Assembly (NCBI GenBank): GCA_020633555.1
Contig: JACKDL010000026.1
Location: 1 to 64,000, forward strand
DNA from: Myxococcales bacterium
GTDB lineage: Bacteria > Myxococcota_A > Bradymonadia > UBA7976 > UBA1532
Direction: 5' to 3'
DNA: 64,000 bases
Shown: piece by piece, positions 37,401 to 47,420 of the stretch
Layout of the letters: each line of letters opens with the position of its first letter
Numbering within the stretch: position 1 is the stretch's first letter
Program-made: the position numbers and the translations under genes
Notes under the pieces: model-generated
What the model saw: the letters and a program-made list of their open reading frames with translations, nothing else
Told to the model about the DNA's origin: nothing
Databases searched by the model: none

Positions 37401-39548
37401 ATGTTCGCCCGCCGTACGCCCCACGCCCTGCTGTGCTTGAGCCTTGGCCTGTTCGCCTGCGACGGCGGGGGTGGCGGGCCGAGTCACCAGGGGCCAGCCG
37501 AGGCGTCACCGGCCCAGTGCCCGGGCCCCGACTGCCCCGGCTGCCCGGGTCCCGCCTGCGGCCCGCAGAGCCCGGCGCCCGCCAAGGCCGACGGCAGCCG
37601 ACCCGAGCTGGCCCACCCGGCGGCCGTCGAGTGGATCCTGTACGAGCTGCAGGCCCGCTCGGCCAACGCCTGCCACCTGGACCTGGGCGAGCCCTGGCAG
37701 CGCGAGGCCTGCGCGCAGAAGTGGGCGCCCGCCGTGCGCTACCACGCCAGCGAGGGCACCTGCGCCGAGCTGGACGACCTGGAGGCCATCAAGCTGGGCA
37801 CCCTGGACGACGTGCTGGCGGACACCGACGACCCCCGCGCCGGCATCACCCTGCGCTACATCGACGAGCGGGTGGGCGCCAACGCCCTGTGGCTCATGCC
37901 GGTGTTCCCCAACAACGATCGCGAGGCGCTGCCGCACCCCTGCGACAACCTGGGCTCGCCCTACGCCGTCACCGACTACTGGCACGTGCGGCCCAGCCTG
38001 TCGCGGGCCTGCGTGGCCCTGGGGCAGGACGAGTACAGCCTGGACGGGGACCCCGAGCCGGACGCCCCGTGCTTCGGCGACGACGCGCTGCAGCAGGTCA
38101 TCGACGCCGCCCACGCCCGGGGCATGAAGGTGATGCTGGACGTGGCCTTCAACCACTTCGGCCACGGCTACCGGATGTACGACGACCTGCGCGGCGTGCA
38201 GGTGCGCGACCGGCTGGACGCGGGGGAGGGCCTGGACCTGCTCTGGGACTTCGAGGCCACCCACGACGACGCCCTGCTGCACCCCGGGCCCACCGACGAC
38301 CTGGCCGATCTGGCCACGCTGCCCCCCCACGCCGCCGAGGATCTGGCCCTGCTCCAGGCCCGCTGCCCCGATCTGGCCGGGCAGGCCCTGCTGCGGGGCT
38401 TCGCCATGTGGCGCAACGCCCTGGACCACGAGCGGGCGGCCTTCGACTGCGCGGCGGGCAGCCTGGAGCAGGCGCTGCCGGGCTTCTACCTGGCCCAGGA
38501 CCGCTGGTCGCCCGCGCCGACGGCCAGCGATGTGTTCCGCAACGACTGGCGGGACGTGAAGTTCCTGTTCCACCAGGCCACGAACACCGCCCACAGCCAC
38601 AGCTACGTCCGCAACCGCGAGTACCTGGTGCGGGTGCTGAACCACTGGGTGGCCCGGGGGGTCGACGGCTTCCGCTTGGACCACAGCACCGACTTCAACA
38701 ACGGCCTGAGCACCGAGTTCTGGCGCTATGTGTTGGCCAAGGTGAACCACTACGCCGCCCTGCGCGGCCAGGATCGGCCGGTGTACCTGGCCGAGGAGTT
38801 CTTCACCCAGGACGGCATGGCCGATCTGGTGGACATCCTCACCGAGGGCTACGTGACCGACATCACCGCCCGCCGCGGCCAGACCAAGGACGCCGGCCGG
38901 GTGGAGTGGGTGCTGGCCAACGCCGAGCGCTTCAACGGCCGGGCGAATGTCATGGCCGCCCTGGAGACCCACGACGAGCACCGCCTGACCGAGGGCACCG
39001 GCTTCGACGTGTGGACCGGCGCGGGCTTCCACGGGCTGGGCCTCACCGCGCACACCACCCCCATGGTGCTCATGGGACAGCCCCTGGGATCGCACGCGGG
39101 GGTGGGCTTCAAGCGCTCGACCCTGCTCGAGGCGCGCTTCGCCGATCACGACCTTGATCCGCTGGTGGAGTTCTACGGCGCCCTGCACCACGCCCGGCGC
39201 GCCCACGCGAACCGGGCGCTGCGGGCGGCGCCGCGGCACTTCTTGCGCACGGCCGAGGGCAACGTGGATCAGCGGATCTTCGCCCAGGTGAAGTGGTCGG
39301 GCGACGGCAACGTGGTGTTCGTGGTCCACAACCTGTGGCCCGGCGCCGTGCAGCAGCGCTATGTGATCCCCCCCCACATCGCCGACGCCCTCTGGCTGCG
39401 CGCCGGCCGCGACTACCGCTTGGTGGATGTGTTCACCGAGCAGCCCATGGGCGCCTGCCGCGATGGCGGGGCGCTGGCGCAGGATCTGTTCGTGGCGCTG
39501 GCCGCCGACGAGCGGCTGCAGTGGCTGCGGCTGGAGGTCTGCGACTGA
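37401..39548 (+). CDS. GH13 (alpha-amylase family) glycoside hydrolase lipoprotein
   Basis: Lipobox MFARRTPHALLCLSLGLFACDGGGGG. GH13 catalytic regions MLDVAFNH, GVDGFRLDHS, AEEFF, THDEHRL. Confidence 0.75.
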   Translation: MFARRTPHALLCLSLGLFACDGGGGGPSHQGPAEASPAQCPGPDCPGCPGPACGPQSPAPAKADGSRPELAHPAAVEWILYELQARSANACHLDLGEPWQREACAQKWAPAVRYHASEGTCAELDDLEAIKLGTLDDVLADTDDPRAGITLRYIDERVGANALWLMPVFPNNDREALPHPCDNLGSPYAVTDYWHVRPSLSRACVALGQDEYSLDGDPEPDAPCFGDDALQQVIDAAHARGMKVMLDVAFNHFGHGYRMYDDLRGVQVRDRLDAGEGLDLLWDFEATHDDALLHPGPTDDLADLATLPPHAAEDLALLQARCPDLAGQALLRGFAMWRNALDHERAAFDCAAGSLEQALPGFYLAQDRWSPAPTASDVFRNDWRDVKFLFHQATNTAHSHSYVRNREYLVRVLNHWVARGVDGFRLDHSTDFNNGLSTEFWRYVLAKVNHYAALRGQDRPVYLAEEFFTQDGMADLVDILTEGYVTDITARRGQTKDAGRVEWVLANAERFNGRANVMAALETHDEHRLTEGTGFDVWTGAGFHGLGLTAHTTPMVLMGQPLGSHAGVGFKRSTLLEARFADHDLDPLVEFYGALHHARRAHANRALRAAPRHFLRTAEGNVDQRIFAQVKWSGDGNVVFVVHNLWPGAVQQRYVIPPHIADALWLRAGRDYRLVDVFTEQPMGACRDGGALAQDLFVALAADERLQWLRLEVCD

Positions 39549-39572
39549 CCGCCCCCAAGGCGGCCCACCCCG

Positions 39573-40157
39573 TCAGGCCGGCTCTTCGTCCAGCAGATCC
39601 AGATCGGCGTACAGATCCTCGAAGCGCAGGCTCACCCCCAGGGTGGGCAGCTCCACCGGGCCCTCGGTGAGGAAGGTCATCTGCCAGCGCCCGTCGGCGG
39701 TGCGCAGGCGGTGCTCCACCTGCTGCCCGTCCTGCGAGATCAGCAGGTACTCCTGCAGGCTGGGCAGGCGCCGGTAGTGGTTGAACTTGCTGCCCTGGTC
39801 GTAGTCGGCGGTGCTGGGGGACAGCACCTCCACGATCAGCGTGGGGTTGATGATCGCCTGGGGGTCGTCCTGGGCCCGCTGGTTCTTGCCGCACACCACC
39901 GCCACGTCGGGGTAGAAGCTGCTGCCCGTGGCGGGCACCCGGATGCGCTGGTCGCCCACGAGCGGGTTGCAGGGCTTGCCGCGCAGGGCGTTGCCCAAGG
40001 CGAGCACGGCGTTGGTCACGATCCGGGCGTGGCGCTGCGTGCCGCCGGACATGGCGTAGATCTCGCCGTTGACGTACTCGCTGCGTTCTGGCGCCTCGGC
40101 CTCCAAGGCCAGGTACTCCTCCAAGGTGTGCTTCACGCGCTCAGCGGCCTGGCCCAC
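39573..40157 (-). CDS. Uma2-family (DUF820, PD-(D/E)XK) endonuclease
   Basis: GTG start 7 nt after GGAGGT (the ORF-track start is a TTG further upstream). HTLEEYLALEAEAPERSEYVNGEIYAMSGGTQRHARI and the D...E.K core are typical of Uma2. Confidence 0.7.
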   Translation of the reverse strand: MGQAAERVKHTLEEYLALEAEAPERSEYVNGEIYAMSGGTQRHARIVTNAVLALGNALRGKPCNPLVGDQRIRVPATGSSFYPDVAVVCGKNQRAQDDPQAIINPTLIVEVLSPSTADYDQGSKFNHYRRLPSLQEYLLISQDGQQVEHRLRTADGRWQMTFLTEGPVELPTLGVSLRFEDLYADLDLLDEEPA

Positions 40158-40330
40158 GGGGCACCTCCAGCTCGTCGACCTGCGCAGGGTAGCACAAACG
40201 GCGCCGGTCAAGGCTGGCCGCGTCGGCCCGCGCGGCTCGTCAGGTGTGGCCCCGCGACGCGGCGAAGACCTGTCCAGCGCGTCGGCAGGCCGTGATCGTC
40301 TTCTGCGCGCGGCCGGGGCATGATGCCCCC

Positions 40331-42574
40331 ATGCGCCGCCCGCCCCGCCTCACCATGTCCCGCGAGGCCCGATCCGTCGGGCGCCTGCTGGGCGTGTACT
40401 CGGCCCTGGGGGTCATCGCGGGCGGCTTCTCGGTGGCCTTCGCGCAGGCCCTGGACGCCCTGAGCCACCGGCTGCTGCCCAATCTGCCGCCTGTGCTCGA
40501 CGGCTGGCCCACGCCACAGCACATCCAGCTTCTGCTGTGGCCCACCCTGGGCGGACTGGTGGTGGGGCTGCTGGCCTTCCGGCTGGCCCCCGAGGTCATG
40601 GGCTCGGGCATCGACCACGTGGTCGAGACGTACCTGCGGCGGCGCGGCCGCATGCGGCGGCGCGTGCCCTGGGTGAAGGGCCTGGCCAGCACGGCCACCC
40701 TGGCCACCGGCGGCTCGGCGGGCCTCGAGGGGCCCGTGGGGCAGATGAGCGCGGCCATCGGCGCGTGGCTGGGGCAGCGGCTGGATCTGAACGCCGGCGA
40801 GCGCCGGGCGCTGATCATGGCCGGCTTCGCGGCCGGCATCGGCGCCGTGTTCCACGCGCCCATGGCCGCCGCCATCTTCGCCGCCGAGGTGGCCTACCGC
40901 GACATCGACATCGAGCACGAGGTGCTGGTGCCGGCCATCATCGCCAGCACGGTGGCCCACGGTCTGTTCATGGTGAGCGGCGCGCCGGCCCTGTTCCTGG
41001 TGCCCCCCGTGGCCTTCCGCAGTGGCCTGGAGCTGTTGCCCTACACGGCGCTGGGGGCCGTGCTGGCGGTGGGCGCCTGGGCCTTCGTCACGGCCCACCG
41101 CCAGGTGCGGGCGCGCATCGGCCAGTCCAGCCGCTACCCCCACTGGCTGCGCCCCGCGCTGGGGGGGCTGGGGGTGGGGCTCATCGGCGTGCTCTTCCCG
41201 GCGGTGCTGGGTCGCGGCTACGGCATCATCGAGCTGGCCCTGTCGGCCGACGGCGCGGCGGGCATGCTGCTGGCGCTGGCGCTGGCCAAGCTGGCCGCCA
41301 CCGCGCTCACCGTGGGCAGCGGTGGCGCGGGCGGCCTGTTCGCGCCCTCGCTGGTCATCGGGGGCGCCCTGGGCGGCCTGGTGGGGCAGCTCGCCAGCCA
41401 CGCGCTGCCCGACCTGGGCATCGCGCCGGCCAGCTTCGTGGTGGTGGGCATGGCGGGCTTCTTCGCGGCGGTCAGCAACGCCCCGCTGAGCACCGTGATC
41501 ATGGTCAGCGAGCTGTCGGGCAGCTACCGGCTGGTGGTGCCCACCCTGTGGGTCTGCACGCTCACCTGGCTGCTGGCCCGCAAGGTGTCGCTGTTCGACG
41601 CCCAGGTCCCCACGCGGGTGGACGCCCCCTTCCGGCTGGCCGACATGATGGGGGCCGTGCTGCACCGCATGACCGTGCGCGACGCGCTGGGCGACGCGCC
41701 GGAACCGCCGGTGACCGTGCCGCCCAACCTGCCGCTGCGCGACCTGGTGGAGCTGTTTGCGCACACCCCGCAGGCCGTGTTCCCCATCCTGGACGCCAAC
41801 GGCCGCATGCAGGGCGTGGTGGACGGCCGCCTGCTGCGGCGGACCCTGGCCGAGCGTGGCGTGGACACCCTGCTCATCGCCAACGACTTCGAGTCCGACG
41901 CCACCCTGCTGCGGGCCGATGCCTCGCTGTACGACGCCATCACCGCCATGACCACCTCGGGCTACGACGAGCTGCCGGTGGTGCAGGCCGACGGCACGTT
42001 GCTGGGCATCCTGTCGCGGCGGCAGGTGGTCAACGCCTACCACCGGCGCATGCTGGACCGGGCCACACCCGAGGAGCCCACGCCCCCGGACGCGGGCGAC
42101 GAGGGGGTCGATCTGGCCGCCGCCATCCAGCGCGGCGGCGTGCTGCACGACGTGCCGGGCGCCACCCCCGACGCCGTGCTGGCCGCCATGGTGGAGCGGG
42201 CCCGCCTGGGCCCCGGTTGCGACGCCGTGAAGCTGCTGCAGCTCTTGCGCGACCGCGAGTCGCTGATGAGCACGGGCGTGGGCGAGGGCCTGGCCCTGCC
42301 GCACCCCCACGCTCAGGTGCTGCCGGGCATCGACAAGCCTCGGGTGGTCATCGGCCTGCTGGCCGAGCCCGTGGACTGGCAAGCCTTCGACGGCGCGCCG
42401 GTGGACACGGTGTGTCTGCTGCTGGGCCCCAGCGGCGACGTGCACCTGGAGCTGCTGGGCGCGCTCGCCCGCGCCCTGCACGATCCGGCGCTGCGCACGC
42501 TGCTCAAACAGCGCGCCGACGGAGCCGCGATCATCGAGCGAATTCAAGCCCTTGAGCCGGCCCACGCCCCCTGA
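40331..42574 (+). CDS. ClC-type chloride channel fused to a CBS pair and a C-terminal PTS EIIA(Ntr)/PtsN-like domain
   Basis: ClC selectivity motifs GSGID, GLEGP, GGLFAPS. Two CBS-like segments. C-terminal GATPDAVLAAMVE...GEGLALPHPHAQVLPGIDKPRVVIGLLAEPVDW...VCLLLGPSGD resembles EIIA type-2. Confidence 0.8.
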   Translation: MRRPPRLTMSREARSVGRLLGVYSALGVIAGGFSVAFAQALDALSHRLLPNLPPVLDGWPTPQHIQLLLWPTLGGLVVGLLAFRLAPEVMGSGIDHVVETYLRRRGRMRRRVPWVKGLASTATLATGGSAGLEGPVGQMSAAIGAWLGQRLDLNAGERRALIMAGFAAGIGAVFHAPMAAAIFAAEVAYRDIDIEHEVLVPAIIASTVAHGLFMVSGAPALFLVPPVAFRSGLELLPYTALGAVLAVGAWAFVTAHRQVRARIGQSSRYPHWLRPALGGLGVGLIGVLFPAVLGRGYGIIELALSADGAAGMLLALALAKLAATALTVGSGGAGGLFAPSLVIGGALGGLVGQLASHALPDLGIAPASFVVVGMAGFFAAVSNAPLSTVIMVSELSGSYRLVVPTLWVCTLTWLLARKVSLFDAQVPTRVDAPFRLADMMGAVLHRMTVRDALGDAPEPPVTVPPNLPLRDLVELFAHTPQAVFPILDANGRMQGVVDGRLLRRTLAERGVDTLLIANDFESDATLLRADASLYDAITAMTTSGYDELPVVQADGTLLGILSRRQVVNAYHRRMLDRATPEEPTPPDAGDEGVDLAAAIQRGGVLHDVPGATPDAVLAAMVERARLGPGCDAVKLLQLLRDRESLMSTGVGEGLALPHPHAQVLPGIDKPRVVIGLLAEPVDWQAFDGAPVDTVCLLLGPSGDVHLELLGALARALHDPALRTLLKQRADGAAIIERIQALEPAHAP

Positions 42575-42663
42575 CCGGCCGCGGTCCCATGCGTCGCTTG
42601 CGGGCGCGCATCCCGCGGGGCACCCTGCGCCGGCACCCAAGGGGGTGGGAGAGGGGGAGACAG

Positions 42664-45480
42664 ATGTCTGATGTGAAGGAAGGCGCCCGCCGGGCGCGAG
42701 GGCGGCGTGCGTCGGCGCACGCCGGGCTGTTGCTGGCCGCCCTGATGGGGTTGGCTGGGTGCGATGACGGCGCAGAGCCCGCGGGCGACATGGCGCTTGA
42801 TCTGGCGCCGCGGACCGACGGCGGCGGCCTGGACCAGGGCGTGGACATGACCGCCCCGGGCGACCTGGGCCCCGAGTCCGATCGGGGGCCCGTGGCGGAT
42901 CAGGGCCCCGCAGCCGACCAGGGCCAGACGGGCGACCAGGGCCCCGCAGCCGACCAGGGCGCCGACGACATGGCGCTGCCAACGCCGGCGCTGCGGGCGC
43001 CCCAGGTGGTCGCGGTGGGCGACGACCCGGTGGAGCTGTTCGTGCAGTTCGCTGCGGTGCAGGTGACCACCACGCAGGGCCCACAGCGGATCTGGACCCG
43101 CAGCTACGGCCTGCAAGAGGGCGTGGGCCAGATCCCCGGACCCACCTTCGAGTTCCGGCCCGGCGACCTGCTCCAGGTGACGCTGAACAACCTGCTCAGC
43201 GCCCAACGGCTGCAGGCGCTCATCGACTTCGAGATGCTCGAGGCCGAGAACGCGGGCAACGGCTCGGACGAGCTGATCCACGTGGCCGGCGAGATCAACG
43301 TCCCCCACAACGCCGACAACACGAACCTGCACACCCATGGGTTGCACGTGGACCCGTCCCATGACGACGTGACGCTGATCATCACGCCCGAGGGCGACTC
43401 GGCGGCGAACTACGCGCCGGCGCTCCAGCCGGTGATCCGGGAACAGATCTGGCCCTATCAGTACCGGATCCCGGCCACCCACCTGCCGGGCACCCACTGG
43501 TACCACGCCCACAAGCACGGCTCGACGTCGACCCACGTGGAGAACGGCATGGCCGGGGCGCTGGTCATCCGGCCGCAGGATGACGCCGACGCGCTGGTGC
43601 CCGGGCTGGATCGGGCCCACGACCGGGTGATGCACCTGCAACTCATCGACAACTTCGGGGTGCAGCAGGGCAGCACGATGGGCGGCGGCGGCGGCGGGGG
43701 CCCCACCGGCCTGGGCACCGGGTATGTGGCGGTCAACGGCGATCACCAGCCCACGCTGGCGCTGCAGCCCGGCCAGGTGGAGCGCTGGCGCCTGATCAAC
43801 GCGGCGGCGAACCACCGCAGCCTGTCGTACGTGTGGCTGGGCCGCGCCACGGGCCAGACGCAGGGGATGCGCCGGGTGGTCGAGCAGGTGCCCATGCACC
43901 TGGTGGCCATCGACGGGATCACGCTCAAGGCGCCCATCGAGGTGACCGCCGACCGGCCCATCTTCCTGGGCCCCGGCAACCGGGCCGACGTGGTCGTGGC
44001 CCTGCCCGAAGGCGACTACACCCTGTTCAAGAACTACCCCAACGACGTGGCCGTGGTGGACGCCGCGGGGCAGCCCGCCGCCGTCCGGCCGTCCGTGGGC
44101 CCCAACGCCAACCCGTACCTGTTCGCGCTGACCGATGGCCTGCCTGGCTTCGCGGGCCTGCAGGTGGCGTGGGCCACCGCGGACGCCATGGGCAACCCCG
44201 GCGCGCCCGACGACTGCCTGGTGCGCAACCGGATGGGTCAGGTGACCGGCAACGTGCCCGCCCCTTGCACGCCGGTGGTGCCCCTGCTGCGGGTGGCGCC
44301 CATCACAACCGCCGAGGGCCACACGCTGGCCGAGATCACCCACGATCTGCGCTTCCCCGACGGGCGCTGGCAGCCCATCCCGCGGCAGGAGATCGGCGGT
44401 GGGGGCGGCGGCCAGGCCGACGCGCAGGTGCTGCTCACCGCCACCGTCGCGGGCGCGCCCGCCGACGGGCCCGCCTTCGACCGCGCCGCCCTGGCGGCGC
44501 AGATGGGCCGGCTGAGCCCCACCGGCGCCGCGCGGGCCCAGGTGCCCGCCTACGTCAGCCCCGTCCCCGACGACGCCATCCTGCAGTCCCGCTCCGTCAC
44601 CTTCGACATCTCGGGCATCTCGGCCCAGGTGCAGGTGCACGGCGACGGCCAGGCCGATCCGGTGACGGTGCGCCAGTTCACCCTGAACGGGCGCCAGTTC
44701 GCCCTGGAGGACAGCATCGGCGATCCCCGCGGCCAGGCGCGCATCGCCGAGGCGCCCTCCGAGCCCGACGGCGTGCTGCTGGACTACCTGGACCGTGCCA
44801 GCCGCTGGCTGAACCGTTTCTGGACCAACCCCGGCTACTACGCCGCCGTGGTGCAGACCGACGCCGTGCAGGACCCCACCGTGGCCGACGCCCCGGTCTA
44901 CCGCTACGGCCCCACCGAGGACGAGCCCGGCATCGAGGCCATCTCGGGCCTGGCACAAGAGGCGCTGGTGAACCCCGCCAGCCGCTTCGCGCCGGCCGCC
45001 AACACCCCCGGCCTGCCCGTGGCCACCAGCGCCGAGGAGTGGGTGCTGATCAACAACTCGGCGGTGGCCCACCCGTTCCACATCCACATCAACCCGTTCT
45101 TCGTCACCGAGATCGGCCAGCTCAGCTACGAGGCCTTCGCCGACGGCCCCGGCTGGGCCCTGCGCACGGTGAACCCCGACCCCCAGGGCACCCCGGCCGA
45201 CCCCTCGGGCATGAACCGCCCGGAGGGCATCGTGAAGCTGGCCGGCACTTCGGACCTGTGGTGGGTGATCGACAACTGGTGGGACACCATCGTGGTGCCG
45301 CCCCACGGCTATGTGAAGCTGCGCTACTGGATGAACGTGCCGGAGCAGGCAGCGGACGCTTCCTTCGTCACCGACGACGTGAACCGCAGCGGGAGCTGGG
45401 TCTATCACTGCCACATTCTGCGGCACGAGGACCGCGGCATGATGATGCGCGTGGAGACGCAGCCCAAAGAGGACCCCTGA
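42664..45480 (+). CDS. Multicopper oxidase lipoprotein (938 aa) with N-terminal (P)AADQG repeats
   Basis: Lipobox LLLAALMGLAGCDDG. Copper-ligand motifs HTHGLHV, HWYHAHKHG, HPFHIHINPF, HCHILRHEDRGMM. Confidence 0.8.
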   Translation: MSDVKEGARRARGRRASAHAGLLLAALMGLAGCDDGAEPAGDMALDLAPRTDGGGLDQGVDMTAPGDLGPESDRGPVADQGPAADQGQTGDQGPAADQGADDMALPTPALRAPQVVAVGDDPVELFVQFAAVQVTTTQGPQRIWTRSYGLQEGVGQIPGPTFEFRPGDLLQVTLNNLLSAQRLQALIDFEMLEAENAGNGSDELIHVAGEINVPHNADNTNLHTHGLHVDPSHDDVTLIITPEGDSAANYAPALQPVIREQIWPYQYRIPATHLPGTHWYHAHKHGSTSTHVENGMAGALVIRPQDDADALVPGLDRAHDRVMHLQLIDNFGVQQGSTMGGGGGGGPTGLGTGYVAVNGDHQPTLALQPGQVERWRLINAAANHRSLSYVWLGRATGQTQGMRRVVEQVPMHLVAIDGITLKAPIEVTADRPIFLGPGNRADVVVALPEGDYTLFKNYPNDVAVVDAAGQPAAVRPSVGPNANPYLFALTDGLPGFAGLQVAWATADAMGNPGAPDDCLVRNRMGQVTGNVPAPCTPVVPLLRVAPITTAEGHTLAEITHDLRFPDGRWQPIPRQEIGGGGGGQADAQVLLTATVAGAPADGPAFDRAALAAQMGRLSPTGAARAQVPAYVSPVPDDAILQSRSVTFDISGISAQVQVHGDGQADPVTVRQFTLNGRQFALEDSIGDPRGQARIAEAPSEPDGVLLDYLDRASRWLNRFWTNPGYYAAVVQTDAVQDPTVADAPVYRYGPTEDEPGIEAISGLAQEALVNPASRFAPAANTPGLPVATSAEEWVLINNSAVAHPFHIHINPFFVTEIGQLSYEAFADGPGWALRTVNPDPQGTPADPSGMNRPEGIVKLAGTSDLWWVIDNWWDTIVVPPHGYVKLRYWMNVPEQAADASFVTDDVNRSGSWVYHCHILRHEDRGMMMRVETQPKEDP

Positions 45481-45550
45481 TGTGACAGAGGCTGCTCGTG
45501 TCCGGGCGGCCTGGCAGACGCGGCAGAGTCGTCCGCCTCCTCGGCCAACC

Positions 45551-45573
45551 GGATGAGCCTCTAGGGCTCATCC
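45551..45573. terminator. GC hairpin between convergent MCO and dinB genes (possible bidirectional terminator)
   Basis: GGATGAGCC-tcta-GGGCTCATCC, 9-bp perfect stem. No U-tract, which is common in high-GC genomes. Overlaps the dinB stop. Confidence 0.3.
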
Positions 45574-46640
45574 TCCAGCGGCAGCTCGAGCTGCACCGGA
45601 TCCTCCGGGTCCAACAGATCGTAGAGCGTCAGCCCCACCAGGCGCAGCGGTTCGGACAGATCGAACTCGGCCAGCAACGCCTCGGCGTGGCGCATCAGAT
45701 CGTCTGCGGCATACACCGGGTGGGGCAGGTGGGCCTGGCGGGTCATGATCTGAAAGCGCCGGGTCTTCAGCTTCACGCGCACGCCGTAGCCGCGGATGCC
45801 CTTGGCGTCGGCGCGGCGCTCCACCTCGTCGGCGATGGGCTGCAGCTTCTCGAGCACGGCCTGGGCGCCCACGATGTCGTCGCGCAGGGTGCGCTCGGCG
45901 CCCAGGCTCTTGCGCTCGCGGGTGTTGTCGACGGGGCGGGGGTCGTCGGCGTGGGCCAGGCGCCAGAAGTGGTGGCCGGCGCTGCCCAGGGCGGCGGTGA
46001 GCACGCCCAGGTCGCAGGCGGCGACGTCGGCGATGGTCTGCAGCCCCAGGGCGTGCAGGCGCTCGACGGTCTTGGGGCCGGCGCCCCACAGGCGCTTGAC
46101 GGGCTGGGGGGCCAGGAAGGCCACGGCCTCGTCGGGCGGCACCACGGTCAGGCCGTCGGGCTTGTGGTAGTCGCTCGCCACCTTGGCCACGAACTTGGTG
46201 GCGCTGATGCCCACGCTGATGGTCAGCCCGCCGGTGGCATCGAGCACGTCGCGCTTCAGGGCGCGGCCCATGGCCCAGGGGCTCTCGAAGCGGTCCTTGG
46301 CGGGGCTCATGTCCAGGAAGGCTTCGTCGATGCTGATGGGCTGGATGAGCTCGGCGTAGGTGGCGAAGACCTCCATGACGGCGTTGGAGATCTCTTTGTA
46401 CCGCTCGAAGCGGTGCGGCCGGATGATGGCGCCGGGCACCTTGCGGCGGGCGAGCTCCATGCTCATGGCGCTGCCTACGCCGTACTTGCGCGCCTCGTAG
46501 CTGGCGGTGGCCACCACGCTGCGCGGCCCGCTGCCGCCGATGAGGATGGGCTTGCCGCGCAGCTCGGGGAAGTCGAGCTGCTCGACCGCCGCGAAGAAGG
46601 CGTCCATGTCGGCGTGCAGGATGACGCGGTCCCAGGCCAT
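45561..46640 (-). CDS. dinB: DNA polymerase IV (Y-family, DinB)
   Basis: ILHADMDAFFAAVEQL...PILIGG...SIDEAFLD, and the HhH/little-finger regions are canonical for DinB. Confidence 0.9.
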   Translation of the reverse strand: MAWDRVILHADMDAFFAAVEQLDFPELRGKPILIGGSGPRSVVATASYEARKYGVGSAMSMELARRKVPGAIIRPHRFERYKEISNAVMEVFATYAELIQPISIDEAFLDMSPAKDRFESPWAMGRALKRDVLDATGGLTISVGISATKFVAKVASDYHKPDGLTVVPPDEAVAFLAPQPVKRLWGAGPKTVERLHALGLQTIADVAACDLGVLTAALGSAGHHFWRLAHADDPRPVDNTRERKSLGAERTLRDDIVGAQAVLEKLQPIADEVERRADAKGIRGYGVRVKLKTRRFQIMTRQAHLPHPVYAADDLMRHAEALLAEFDLSEPLRLVGLTLYDLLDPEDPVQLELPLEDEP

Positions 46641-46658
46641 GGCGCGGATGATAGGCGC

Positions 46659-47420
46659 TCAGCGGCGCAGGCGCCGCTGAACATGGTGGAGCAAGGTGCG
46701 CAGCGGGCGGTGCACGCCCACCACAAAGAGCGCGCGGTCGGTGAGCCAGACGCCGGTGCCGCGGCGCTCGAAGATGCCCAGCGAGAAGTAGGCGTTGTCC
46801 ACCGTGGGGTTGCGGGTGGCGTACAGGGGCCGGAAGGTCTCGCTCACGTCCACCGCGGGCGGCAGGTGGGGATCACCGTGATCCACCAGGTGGGGCGAGA
46901 CGGGGGTCCCCGTGATCCGCGACACGAAGTCGACGAGCCTGGGGGCGCAGGCGGGCAGGTCGGCGGTGAGCCGGGGGTGGACCTCGGCCAGCGCGCTGCG
47001 GAACTGGGCGTACACCCGGGGGTTGGGGCTGTGGGCGATGGCCACCCAGGTGCGCAGGAGGAAGGCGGGGCCCAAGGTCTGGCGCACGTGGTGGAAGGAC
47101 ATCCGGGCGGTCAGGCCGCGCACGGCGCAGGCGGGGTCCTTGTAGGTCAGCCGCCCCTCGAACACGGGCAGCGGGCGGGCATCGAACGGGGTGAGCGCGC
47201 GGTGGGTCACGTAGCTCTGCATGCCCACCAGCCGTTCGCCTTGGAAGGCCAGGTAGTACCGGGCCGGTGTGCGCTGCAGGTGGGCGCGCTGGATGTGATC
47301 GGACGGGAGGTATGGATCACATCGGGTGGCCAGCGCCTGCATCTGCGCCGCCTCGATGGGCGTGACGTCGGCGGTATCGCGGGCGACGATCCGCAGGCCG
47401 GCGGGGATCCCGCGACTCAC
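46659..47420 (-). CDS. Hypothetical cytoplasmic protein (about 254 aa), last gene of the giant-lipoprotein operon
   Basis: GTG start overlaps the upstream gene's TGA (GTGA). No signal peptide. Weak GNAT-like feel (YYLAFQGERLVGMQSY). The long ORF 46659..49034 N-terminus is antisense junk. Confidence 0.45.
   Translation of the reverse strand: MSRGIPAGLRIVARDTADVTPIEAAQMQALATRCDPYLPSDHIQRAHLQRTPARYYLAFQGERLVGMQSYVTHRALTPFDARPLPVFEGRLTYKDPACAVRGLTARMSFHHVRQTLGPAFLLRTWVAIAHSPNPRVYAQFRSALAEVHPRLTADLPACAPRLVDFVSRITGTPVSPHLVDHGDPHLPPAVDVSETFRPLYATRNPTVDNAYFSLGIFERRGTGVWLTDRALFVVGVHRPLRTLLHHVQRRLRR

Noticed and set aside
36071-39157. 1,028-aa plus ORF spanning the lipoprotein and GH13 regions, and 37506..39377 minus ORF
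   Set aside because: Out-of-frame or antisense to the GH13 gene. Arg/Gly-rich junk.
40208-45426. Minus-strand ORFs 40208..43084 and 42544..45426 antisense to the ClC and MCO genes
   Set aside because: No motifs. Arg/Gly/His-rich. The sense genes are unambiguous.
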